In this document: piece after piece, positions 24,181 through 32,000 of the stretch
How the letters are laid out: each line of letters starts with the position of its first letter
Position numbering within the stretch: the first letter of the stretch is position 1
Made by a program: the position numbers and the translations under genes
Assembly: GCA_016699145.1 (NCBI GenBank)
Contig: CP064962.1
Coordinates: forward strand, 1,260,001 to 1,292,000
DNA length: 32,000 nt
Reading direction: 5' to 3'
Source of the DNA: Candidatus Saccharimonadota bacterium
Lineage (GTDB): Bacteria; Patescibacteriota; Gracilibacteria; UBA1369; 2-02-FULL-48-14
Notes under the pieces: model-generated
The model's database searches: none
Seen by the model: the letters and a program-made list of their open reading frames with translations, nothing else
What the model was told of the DNA's origin: nothing

Positions 24181-25353
24181 CGCCACACTCTTCTTTGTTT
24201 CATCACTACTAGAATAAAGGGGGAGAGAATCGAAAACTTCAGACGGTTTTTGACCTTTTGAAAGTTCCCTCTCAATCCATCGGCGCAGGCTTTCGTAAGA
24301 CTCATATAAGTCATTAAAATCAGCATTGCGATTGGCATCGGAGACATGATAATTCACACCCCAGAGAGGTAGACTCTTGGTATACGTAGAAGCAAAGTAG
24401 GATAAGATGAATCCATCTGCAATATGGCCCAAAAGCGTCCGTAAGTCACGTAGAACTTGTCCTAACTTTTGTGAAAAACTTTCGCCCTCTCTTTTGGAAA
24501 ATAAAGCTTGAATTGCAAAGTCTCTAGAACTTTTCTCGTCGTAGCCAAGTAGTAAACCCAGAGCATGCATGCGATTTGCATCCTCTCTCTCAAGTTCAGG
24601 GCTTGTTTGCTCTACGAAAAAGTTTACAACTTGTTCAGGCGGAGATTCTTCTGTGAATCCAAATGAAGCAAAAAGAGAAGCATGCTTACGAAGGCAGTTG
24701 CGAACAGTGACGGGATTGTAAAAAAGAAAAATTTGTTTTGCTTCCGTTAGGTAAGGGTCTTTGATTTCTTTAACAAAAAAATGATCAGGGTCTTTTGCCA
24801 TAATTTTTCGCAACTGAGGCTCTAGCTCCTCTTGAGGTACATCAAGTCCACATGAATAAAATGCCACTGGTTTTAAGCCAGCTAATACGGGTGTGACAAA
24901 AGGGATCTCTCCACAAAGGGCTTCAGCTGCGAATCGATGCTCACTTGTAGCTTCTGGGGCCAAGTAAGGCCTTACATTTTCTCGTATCACAGCATCCTTT
25001 CTTTGGATTCGGTGGTCTCCTTTATAAGCTTTCCTTGGGACAAGCAAAACACTGTCTCCTTCGTGGCTCAATTCTGCGCAGTCTTCAATTTCTATTAACC
25101 CAGCAGAATATAAATTTTTTACACGCCATTTTATTAGAGGTTCATTTGAACCTGGGAGCGTATTATAACTTCCATCCAAATAGGGTAAAACCGCCCAAAT
25201 AGCTTCTTGATCAAAGTCGATTACAAGAACGGGTGGATCTGAAGAAACAAGTTCACATTTGAGAGCTTGGGCTTGCCATCTTAAAACATCAAGAAGCTGG
25301 GTGAACTTAGGATTTTCTTTTTGTGTTATTGATTCTGTTGCGGTGTCGTTCAT
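24166..25353 (-). CDS. hypothetical protein (395 aa), no recognisable domain
   Basis: Long AT-rich ORF with a strong promoter of its own. It is divergent from the methyltransferase gene. Confidence 0.6.
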   Translation of the reverse strand: MNDTATESITQKENPKFTQLLDVLRWQAQALKCELVSSDPPVLVIDFDQEAIWAVLPYLDGSYNTLPGSNEPLIKWRVKNLYSAGLIEIEDCAELSHEGDSVLLVPRKAYKGDHRIQRKDAVIRENVRPYLAPEATSEHRFAAEALCGEIPFVTPVLAGLKPVAFYSCGLDVPQEELEPQLRKIMAKDPDHFFVKEIKDPYLTEAKQIFLFYNPVTVRNCLRKHASLFASFGFTEESPPEQVVNFFVEQTSPELEREDANRMHALGLLLGYDEKSSRDFAIQALFSKREGESFSQKLGQVLRDLRTLLGHIADGFILSYFASTYTKSLPLWGVNYHVSDANRNADFNDLYESYESLRRWIERELSKGQKPSEVFDSLPLYSSSDETKKSVAKAII

Positions 25354-25375
25354 GAGTCATTAAATTCTTCTCTTA

Positions 25376-25404
25376 ATTATACCAGTTATCTAAACTATTC
25401 TCAA
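25376..25404 (-). promoter_or_regulatory. strong sigma70-like promoter with extended -10 for the 395-aa gene
   Basis: On the minus strand the layout is TTGAGA (25404-25399)-N17-TATAAT (25381-25376), preceded by TGG (TGGTATAAT). Confidence 0.5.
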
Positions 25405-25417
25405 TCGAGTAACCACT

Positions 25418-25497
25418 AAAAAATAAGTCGAGGGACCAGTGTAACTAAAAAAGTGCAGAAAGTACAAAAAGTTGAGAAAGTTTGCTACAATCGCCTT
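25418..25497 (+). repeat. junction repeat copy R2
   Basis: AAAAAATAAGTCGAGGGACCAGTGTAACTAAAAAAGTGCAGA (25418-25459) matches R3 at 34 of 42 columns with one gap. Its 3' part matches R1 and ends in TTTGCTACAAT, which is an extended -10. Confidence 0.6.
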
Positions 25498-26154
25498 ATG
25501 AATTTTGATAAATCCTGGATTCAGCTTTCGTACGAATCTCCTCAAATTGAGGTTGATGATCAGACGAATGTTCAATTCCCCATTGAGCTCCCCAAATACT
25601 TCATCGAAAAATTAACGAAGCCAGGAGATACCGTCTTCGACCCTTTTGCAGGATTCGGCACGACTTTACTGGCTGCGCAAGAATTAGGACGCATTGGAGT
25701 GGGAGTGGAGTATGAAGAAAAACGTGCCGACCATGTTCAAACTCAAATTAAAGAGCCTTCACACGTAATTCATGGAGATTCACGCGAACTTGATAAAATG
25801 GATCTACCTCAATTTGACCTGTGTTTCACCTCTCCGCCGTACATGCGTTCTTTTGACGAAGAAAATCCGCTCAGCAACTACCACGAATCAGGCAACTACG
25901 AAAATTACCTCAAAGGCATCAACGAGATTTTTCAGCAAATAAAAGGACGGATGAAACCAGGTACCTACGTGCTTGTTGAAGCCGAAAACACCTACGAACC
26001 AGGAGTCCCTATGACTCCTCTAGTCTGGGATTTGGGGCGTGAACTTTCCAAAATCTTTTTTCTTGAGCGAGAAATGATCTGCTGTTTCAAAGAAGGTGAC
26101 TTGAAAACGAGGAAGGTCAACCATAGTACGATCTTGGTTTTCAAGAATATTTAA
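25498..26154 (+). CDS. small SAM-dependent amino-methyltransferase (N4/N6 type); DNA versus RNA target unresolved
   Basis: The motifs are FPIELPKYFIEKLTKPGDTVFDPFAGFGTTLLAAQELGRIGVGVE (SAM-binding, N6_N4_Mtase-like) followed by the catalytic FTSPPY. I prefer ATG 25498 over the tracked GTG 25453 because TGCTACAAT (25483-25491) ends 6 nt upstream of it. Confidence 0.7.
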   Translation: MNFDKSWIQLSYESPQIEVDDQTNVQFPIELPKYFIEKLTKPGDTVFDPFAGFGTTLLAAQELGRIGVGVEYEEKRADHVQTQIKEPSHVIHGDSRELDKMDLPQFDLCFTSPPYMRSFDEENPLSNYHESGNYENYLKGINEIFQQIKGRMKPGTYVLVEAENTYEPGVPMTPLVWDLGRELSKIFFLEREMICCFKEGDLKTRKVNHSTILVFKNI

Positions 26155-26167
26155 TACAAAAACGACC

Positions 26168-26208
26168 AGAAAATAAATCGAAGGAACAGTGTGACCAAAA
26201 AGTTCAGA
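26168..26208 (+). repeat. junction repeat copy R3 (the most degenerate)
   Basis: AGAAAATAAATCGAAGGAACAGTGTGACCAAAAAGTTCAGA lies directly after the methyltransferase stop. It matches R2 at 34 of 42 columns. Confidence 0.55.
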
Positions 26209-26378
26209 CGCTTGTTATTTGAGTGTGAAGCTAGCAAAATACAGGCATGAAAACGAAACGAGCGGTGATGCCAAGTAAACAAACTCTTGATCGAGTCGTA
26301 AGTGCTTCATCTACTGTCATTCGATACAATCGGCAGCATTTTCTTGCAAATGCTTTTGGCTCGTGCGAGCATGACTTT

Positions 26379-27254
26379 ATGAAAAAACGAAATAGAATTA
26401 TCTTATTGTTTTTGGGAGCACTAGTGCTAATTGGTTTTGGGCTGTTAGTCACAAATAAAATCACCATACAAAGGACTGTCGTCGAAAACTGTGGAACTAT
26501 TCAAGAAGACGAATTTTATGATGACTGGCTTGGCTGTACGATTGATTTAGCTGTGGAAAAAGGGGATGCAAAGTATTGCCAATCTACTTCTATTTTCTCT
26601 CCTTTCCCTGGAATGTGCATGTCTGGTTTTGCTAAAAAAGCCACCTCTGCGGAGATGTGTGAAACCATTTTCAAGCCTCGCCAAAAGACAGATTGCTTAG
26701 AGCGTTTCCACGAAGAAGGAGATTTATTTATCAGAATTCATGAGCAAGATTCTGACTGGAATAGTGAATTACAGGTCGGAAAAATGGAAAATAAAGAAAT
26801 TCACTGGCTAAACATGAGTGAAAAACCCAGTGAGCAGTCCATTTTAAGTGCAGAATTTGTGAATTTGGAAGGATTTGCTAATCCGTTCATTGAAGTCTAC
26901 GGAAAAACTCATATGGGAAATGGAAATCTCTATTTATATGAAATTGAAGGAGACAATTTGATACGCCGCCTCAGCCTGCCCGCTTATGATATCCATCACG
27001 AATATGATTCAAGTGAAGAAAACGCGGAAAAGTATGGATATTCCATCTGTAGTGAGGTTTTTAAAAATGGGCAATTGAGTTCCAAGTATGAAGATGTGAA
27101 CAACGATGGGATTTCAGATCTCACTTTGCAAGGCAGCATTGAGGTTTGGTGCGAAATTGATGCCAACGGTAAGACAGCAGAAATTTTAGTGAATTCAAGT
27201 GCAGTGGTTCAGCACTTTGTTTGGGATCCGATGAGCAAGATATTTTTGAATTAA
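26379..27254 (+). CDS. membrane-anchored or secreted hypothetical protein with a DxNxDG calcium-binding-like motif
   Basis: I prefer the start MKKRNRIILLFLGALVLIGFGLLVTNK (signal anchor) at 26379. The tracked ORF opens at 26247. It has a Cys-rich N-terminal part and the motif EDVNNDGISDL near the C-terminus. Confidence 0.55.
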   Translation: MKKRNRIILLFLGALVLIGFGLLVTNKITIQRTVVENCGTIQEDEFYDDWLGCTIDLAVEKGDAKYCQSTSIFSPFPGMCMSGFAKKATSAEMCETIFKPRQKTDCLERFHEEGDLFIRIHEQDSDWNSELQVGKMENKEIHWLNMSEKPSEQSILSAEFVNLEGFANPFIEVYGKTHMGNGNLYLYEIEGDNLIRRLSLPAYDIHHEYDSSEENAEKYGYSICSEVFKNGQLSSKYEDVNNDGISDLTLQGSIEVWCEIDANGKTAEILVNSSAVVQHFVWDPMSKIFLN

Positions 27255-27399
27255 ATGAAGGGTAAAATTGGTAAACGAACTTAAAAACAAATCAAAAACC
27301 TGTCTGTCCCTCTTTAGAAATAGGAAACGAAAGGGGCTTTTGTAAAGTTCTCAATAGGAAAATCCACTGTTAAACTTCAAAGGTTGTTTTCGATAGTTC

Positions 27400-30300
27400 A
27401 TGTATAGAACAGCCATTTTTATACTTTGCTTACTCGTTTTCTCGGCGGCTTTTTTTGCGTACACGCCAAAAGCATTGGCCGCCAACGGAGACCTCATCAT
27501 CACGGTCACAGATCAATTGGGGAATCCTCTCACGGGCACCAGCGTAACCGTCAATTGCAACGGCTTAGCGCTTTCTTTGGCCGATGGCTTGGATGGAGAT
27601 TTAACGGACAATGGAACCATTCGAATCCTTTCATTGACACTAGTGACTGCAAGTTGCTTGACGAATGGCGAAGCAATCACACAGTTGGATGTGTCTAAAG
27701 ATGCTTATGTAACCACAGCCGCAAGCGGAGATTTAATATGGAATTCTGGATCGGAAAACAACAATTCAGTCGCTCTCAATTTTTCTCACAAAGTCACGGG
27801 TCAAACGGAATTGGGAGCTAGCCTCACAGGAGCGACCGTCACCGTAGGAGGAATCACTTGCATAGAAAATGCGGGCACTTATTACTGCCCTACGCCTCTT
27901 GCCAGTGACGGTGGAAGTAATGATGTCATCGTCACAAAAGATGGTTACGTCACACATTTGTCCAGCTCCACCAACCGTGCGACGAATGCAACAGCACAAG
28001 CAACCTACACTTCCAGCAACGCCTTCGCTTACAAAATCACCAGCATCACAACGGAGGTGTTTTCCACGAACATCACGGGAAGCGTCAGCACATTCACCGT
28101 AGGAGACAACAGTGGACAAGACAATTGCACCCTAAATGGAGGTTCGTGGTATTGCCCTGTTTTGCTAGCGAACAGCAATGCTGAGCCAAGCGGAACCGCT
28201 ACCTTGGATGGTTACGTAAGTGAGGCCCTGGATTTGACCGGCAGTGACATACGAATAAGCAACACAGATGCACAAATTTCAACGACTTTAAGCGGAATAA
28301 AATATGCTCACAAAGTCACCGGCCAAACGGAACTTGGGGGAAGTATCACAGGGGCCACGGTCACAGTTGGAGGTACGAGCTGTGTAGAAAACAGCGGAGT
28401 TTACTATTGTCCAACTCCTTTGGCCAGCGACGGTGGAAGTAATGATGTCATCGTCACAAAAGATGGTTACGTTACACATTTGTCCAACTCCACCAACCGT
28501 GCAACGAACGCAACGGCACAAGCGACCTACACGTCCAGCAATTTATTCTCGCATAAAGTCACGGGTCAAACGGAATTGGGAGCTAGCCTCACAGGAGCGA
28601 CCGTAACAGTGGGTGGAACCAGTTGCATGGAAAACAGTGGGGTTTACTATTGCGCGACAATATTGGCCAGTGACGGTGGGACCAACGACGTGATCATTAC
28701 GAAAGATGGCTACGTGACCTACACCACGAATTCAACAAATCGCACAACAAATGCAACCGCTCAAGCGACCTACACATCCAGCAATTTATTCTCGCATAAA
28801 GTGGCCGGGCAGACGGAACTTGGGGGAAGCATCACAGGGGCAACTGTTACAGTTGGAGGAACGAGCTGCGCAGAAAACAGCGGAGTTTACTATTGTGCAA
28901 CTCCTTTGGCCAGTGACGGTGGAAGCAACGACGTGATCATTACGAAAGATGGTTACGTGACCTACACCACGAATTCAACAAATCGCGCAACAAATGCAAC
29001 CGCTCAAGCCACCTACACCTCCGGCAATTTATTCTCACATAAAGTCACCGGGCAGACGGAATTAGGAGGCAGCCTGACGGGAGCAACCGTCACGGTGGGC
29101 GGAACAAGCTGTACGGAAAGTTCTGGCACATACTACTGCGCTACTCTTCTAGCTAGCGATGGCGGAAGCAATGACGTCATCGTGACGAAAGACGGTTACG
29201 TAACTCAGTTAGCCAATTCCACCAACCGTGCAACGAACGCAACGGCACAAGCGACCTACACTTCCAGCAACGCCTTCGCCTACAAAATTACGAGCATCAC
29301 AACAGAAGTCCTATCCACGAACATCACGGGAAGCATCGGCACATTCACCGTAGGAGACGGCAGTGGACAAGACAGCTGCACGCTGAATGGAGGTTCCTGG
29401 TACTGCCCCGTACTGCTCACGAATAGTAATTTGGAACCAACCGGAACCGCTACCTTGGATGGTTACGTAAGTGAGGCCCTGGATTTGACCGGCAGTGACA
29501 TACGAATAAGCAACACAGATGCACAAATTTCAACGACTCTAGCTGGAATAAAATATGCTCACAAAGTCATCGGTCAAACGGAGCTGAATGGAAGCTTAAC
29601 GACTGCGACAGTAACAGTCGGAGGGACGTCCTGCAGCGAATCGAGTGGAGTTTACTATTGCGCCACACCACTGGCTTCAGACGGCGGAGTCAGTGACGTA
29701 GTTGTTACTAAAGATGGTTATGTGACTTACACCGCCAATTCTACAAATCGTACAACAAATGCAACTGTACAAGCCACCTATACTTCTTCCAATCCATTCA
29801 GTTACAAAATCACTACAATAAGCACAGAAGCTCTTTCTGCCAATATCACAGCTAGCGCCATAAGTCTGACCGTTGGAGATGGAACAGGGCAGAGCACCTG
29901 CACACTGAACGGAGGCTCGTGGTACTGCCCCGTTCTTCTAGCCAACAGCGACGCAGAGCCAACCGGTACAGTCACTTTAGATGGCTATGTTTCAGAGGCC
30001 ATAGACCTCACTGGAACTGGTACAAGAAGTGGAGGGACCGATGCCCAAATCAGCACTACAATAGCAGCTGTTAAATATGCTCATAAAGTCACGGGACAGA
30101 CAGAACTCAGTGGAAGCTTAACGACTGCGACAGTAACAGTCGGAGGGACGTCCTGCAGCGAATCGAGTGGAGTTTACTATTGCGCCACACCACTGGCTTC
30201 AGATGGCGGAGTCAGTGACCTAATTGTGACCAAAGATGGCTATGTGACTTACACCGCTAACTCTACCAATCGTGCGACGAATTCAACCGCTCAGGCAACG

Positions 30301-31488
30301 TATACTTCCAGCAACGCCTTCGCCTACAAAATTACGAGCATCACAACAGAAGTCCTATCCACGAACATCACGGGAAGCATCAGCACATTCACTGCAGGAG
30401 ACAGCAGTGGACAAGACAACTGCACCCTAAATGGAGGCTCATGGTACTGCCCCGTACTGCTCACGAATAGTAATTTGGAACCAACCGGAACCGCTACCTT
30501 GGATGGTTACGTAAGTGAGGCCCTGGATTTGACCGGCAGTGACATACGAATAAGCAACACAGATGCACAAATTTCAACGACTTTAAGCGGAATAAAATAT
30601 GCTCACAAAGTCACCGGCCAGACGGAATTGGGGGGCGGCCTCACCGCAGCAACTGTAACGGTGGGAGGCACGACTTGCACAGAAAATTCTGGCACCTACT
30701 ATTGCGCAACTCTCTTAGCGGACGACGGCGGTACAAACGACGTCATTGTCATAAAGGATGACTACCTTACTCACACCGAAAATTCGACCAATCGCAGCAC
30801 AAATGCCACGGTCCAAGCCCTTTATGAAATCACTTTATATTCATCTGAAGAAGAACCCGAAGAAGAGCCCGAAGATGAACCCGAGGATGAACCCGAGGAT
30901 GAACCCGAAGAACTTGAGCAAACCTCTCTCATTCAATTTCGATATTGCTACTTCGCCGATATCTCTTCTCATTGGGCAGAGCCCTACATTCTGGACTTGT
31001 GCGCGCGAAGCATAATGGACTCAAGTGAACCCTTTTTTAATCCCGATGAATTCATCACACGAGCTGAAATGGCTCAAATCACATGGATGAGTTTTGGCGA
31101 TCCCACAGCCGAAATCACCCTAGCTTCAGAATTGAAAACTTTTGAAGATGTGGCTCCCAACGATTGGTTCAGTGACTATGTGAATGGAGCTCGAACCATG
31201 GGTGCAATAGAAGGATATGCCGATGGAACCTTCCGTCCCAACCAACCACTCAACCGAGCCGAATGCATGAAAATCGTACTTTCAGCTTTGTCCTTAAGTG
31301 GAGAAATTTCCGAAGTGCCTTTTTCAGATGTGGATCAATCCGCGTGGTACGCTCCTTATATCGACTGGGCTTATCAAAACAACATCATTGATGGGAAAAA
31401 CGAAAATACTTTTGCTCCTCAAGATTTCATTACTCGTGCAGAAGTAACAAAAATAATCTCAAACATGCTCGATTATGCAAATCGTTAG
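27400..31488 (+). CDS. SLH-anchored repetitive surface (S-layer-like) protein
   Basis: It has a signal peptide (MYRTAIFILCLLVFSAAFFAYTPKALA) followed by 8 A-type and 4 B-type Ig/PEGA-like modules. An acidic (EEEPEEEPEDEPEDEPEDEPEE) linker follows. The three C-terminal SLH domains read FADISSHWAEPYI..., FEDVAPNDWFSDYV... and FSDVDQSAWYAPYI... Confidence 0.8.
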   Translation: MYRTAIFILCLLVFSAAFFAYTPKALAANGDLIITVTDQLGNPLTGTSVTVNCNGLALSLADGLDGDLTDNGTIRILSLTLVTASCLTNGEAITQLDVSKDAYVTTAASGDLIWNSGSENNNSVALNFSHKVTGQTELGASLTGATVTVGGITCIENAGTYYCPTPLASDGGSNDVIVTKDGYVTHLSSSTNRATNATAQATYTSSNAFAYKITSITTEVFSTNITGSVSTFTVGDNSGQDNCTLNGGSWYCPVLLANSNAEPSGTATLDGYVSEALDLTGSDIRISNTDAQISTTLSGIKYAHKVTGQTELGGSITGATVTVGGTSCVENSGVYYCPTPLASDGGSNDVIVTKDGYVTHLSNSTNRATNATAQATYTSSNLFSHKVTGQTELGASLTGATVTVGGTSCMENSGVYYCATILASDGGTNDVIITKDGYVTYTTNSTNRTTNATAQATYTSSNLFSHKVAGQTELGGSITGATVTVGGTSCAENSGVYYCATPLASDGGSNDVIITKDGYVTYTTNSTNRATNATAQATYTSGNLFSHKVTGQTELGGSLTGATVTVGGTSCTESSGTYYCATLLASDGGSNDVIVTKDGYVTQLANSTNRATNATAQATYTSSNAFAYKITSITTEVLSTNITGSIGTFTVGDGSGQDSCTLNGGSWYCPVLLTNSNLEPTGTATLDGYVSEALDLTGSDIRISNTDAQISTTLAGIKYAHKVIGQTELNGSLTTATVTVGGTSCSESSGVYYCATPLASDGGVSDVVVTKDGYVTYTANSTNRTTNATVQATYTSSNPFSYKITTISTEALSANITASAISLTVGDGTGQSTCTLNGGSWYCPVLLANSDAEPTGTVTLDGYVSEAIDLTGTGTRSGGTDAQISTTIAAVKYAHKVTGQTELSGSLTTATVTVGGTSCSESSGVYYCATPLASDGGVSDLIVTKDGYVTYTANSTNRATNSTAQATYTSSNAFAYKITSITTEVLSTNITGSISTFTAGDSSGQDNCTLNGGSWYCPVLLTNSNLEPTGTATLDGYVSEALDLTGSDIRISNTDAQISTTLSGIKYAHKVTGQTELGGGLTAATVTVGGTTCTENSGTYYCATLLADDGGTNDVIVIKDDYLTHTENSTNRSTNATVQALYEITLYSSEEEPEEEPEDEPEDEPEDEPEELEQTSLIQFRYCYFADISSHWAEPYILDLCARSIMDSSEPFFNPDEFITRAEMAQITWMSFGDPTAEITLASELKTFEDVAPNDWFSDYVNGARTMGAIEGYADGTFRPNQPLNRAECMKIVLSALSLSGEISEVPFSDVDQSAWYAPYIDWAYQNNIIDGKNENTFAPQDFITRAEVTKIISNMLDYANR
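27787..30846 (+). repeat. in-frame tandem module array: A = 243 nt, A+B = 522 nt
   Basis: The module starts (HKV codons) lie at 27787, 28309, 28552, 28795, 29038, 29560, 30082 and 30604. The order is AB-A-A-A-AB-AB-AB-A. A 97-nt block is identical in three B copies (28191-28287, 29442-29538, 30487-30583). Confidence 0.85.
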
Positions 31489-31568
31489 CTGCTAAAGACC
31501 TTCTCAAAAAACTTGTGTTCTTTCTTGAAAATTGATAAAAAGAAGGTCAAGTTTTTACCTGTTCGTCC

Positions 31569-32000
31569 GTGTCTTTACTGGAACAATTCATCCAAACTCC
31601 GGCTCCTTTTTTCACCCTCAACGGGGATGGCTTACCCATGGGTGAGGCTGGCAATTATCGTAAAAAAATTCCAGATGAAGATTTCACAAAAAAGCATGAT
31701 CCTCTCGTGCCCATCAAGGATGAACTTTTAACGCGACCCATGTATTTCAATCTGAAAATGACGGAGGAAGAATGCATGCATTTTCGCGTGCCAGCATTGG
31801 CTCATTGCATAAAATTTGATCGAGCTCTTCAAAAACTCGTTGCTTGGAAAATTCGTGTGTGCGATGCGTACCGTCCCATGGAAGTGCAACGCCAAGGTTT
31901 TTGCTGGGGAATGAGGGAGTTGCTCACACGCAGTGGAGAAGGGGCTTACGAACGATTTTTAATTCTTTTACAAGAAGCCGTTACTTGTGGAGTGGACAAT
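31569..32000 (+). CDS. D-Ala-D-Ala dipeptidase-like (VanX/DdpX, M15 family) protein, partial (runs off the window end)
   Basis: This ORF is absent from the track. My translation in frame 3 from GTG 31569 gives VSLLEQFIQTPAPFFTLNGDG...FRVPALAHCIKFDRALQKLVAWKIRVCDAYRPMEVQRQGF... The I/V-x-DAYRP-x-x-VQ segment is VanX-like. The frame stays open to position 32000. Confidence 0.5.
   Translation, partial: MSLLEQFIQTPAPFFTLNGDGLPMGEAGNYRKKIPDEDFTKKHDPLVPIKDELLTRPMYFNLKMTEEECMHFRVPALAHCIKFDRALQKLVAWKIRVCDAYRPMEVQRQGFCWGMRELLTRSGEGAYERFLILLQEAVTCGVDN

Noticed and set aside
24015-24347. 110-aa minus-strand ORF spanning the 395-aa gene 3' end and the intergenic region.
   Set aside because: It overlaps a much longer, better-supported ORF out of frame and runs through the junction repeat. 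Its sequence is hydrophobic and low-complexity, typical of an AT-rich off-frame.
27787-30846. Regular repeats that might be mistaken for a CRISPR array or a satellite.
   Set aside because: The periods are 243 and 522 nt, in frame, and encode conserved protein modules inside one 1362-aa ORF. I saw no short repeat-spacer pattern anywhere in the window.
31497-31557. Complementary segments after the surface-protein stop: GACCTTCT/AGAAGGTC and AAAAACTTG/CAAGTTTTT.
   Set aside because: The two pairs are arranged A-B...A'-B' rather than nested, and the loops are long. I could not settle on a single convincing terminator fold, so no feature is called.
31513-31731. 72-aa tracked ORF after the surface-protein gene.
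   Set aside because: A different frame from GTG 31569 stays open to the window end and carries a VanX-like DAYRP segment. The 72-aa frame looks like noise (…LYWNNSSKLRLLFSPSTGMAYPWVRLAIIVKKF…).
1-32000. Alternative genetic code (UGA recoding, as in some CPR lineages).
   Set aside because: Conserved genes are full length under the standard code. TGA also terminates well-delimited ORFs, such as the integrase at 18358 and the TM protein at 23103.

Overview
The window reads as a compact bacterial chromosome segment using the standard genetic code, with almost no Shine-Dalgarno sequences. My guess is a CPR/Patescibacteria-like organism, but this cannot be shown from the sequence alone.

Positions 1-18.3 kb are housekeeping genes. 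They include tRNA-Val, an S8 protease, archaeal-type ProRS, FtsA, a BI-1/YccA-family gene, yceD-rpmF, nusB-rnc, an RsmB/F-like methyltransferase, VanW, and a complete sufCBDSU operon. Three of these reading frames are broken by apparent 1-nt deletions at short homopolymers.

At 18304-18379 lies tRNA-Met(CAT). Its 3' end is overlapped by the stop-proximal codons of a large serine recombinase, which opens an accessory region at about 18.36-26.2 kb.

The most interesting content is a minus-strand module at 20.5-23.7 kb:
- a membrane-anchored Rossmann/REC-like protein;
- a translationally coupled 462-aa SMODS/CD-NTase-like nucleotidyltransferase with an AGS-C-like tail;
- a 122-nt three-tier, pseudoknotted RNA structure whose only two stem mismatches become G-U pairs on the gene strand;
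- a small beta-rich protein;
- a 238-aa protein with a HEPN-like R-x5-H motif.

I cannot match this combination to any described defence or signalling system.

Distal to the module, a 395-aa unknown gene and a small amino-methyltransferase are each bracketed by progressively degenerate copies of one 40-80 bp junction repeat.

The right end encodes a membrane-anchored protein, a 1362-aa SLH-anchored surface protein built from 243-nt and 522-nt tandem units, and the start of a VanX-like dipeptidase.

All functional calls rest on motif recognition by eye. No searches were run.
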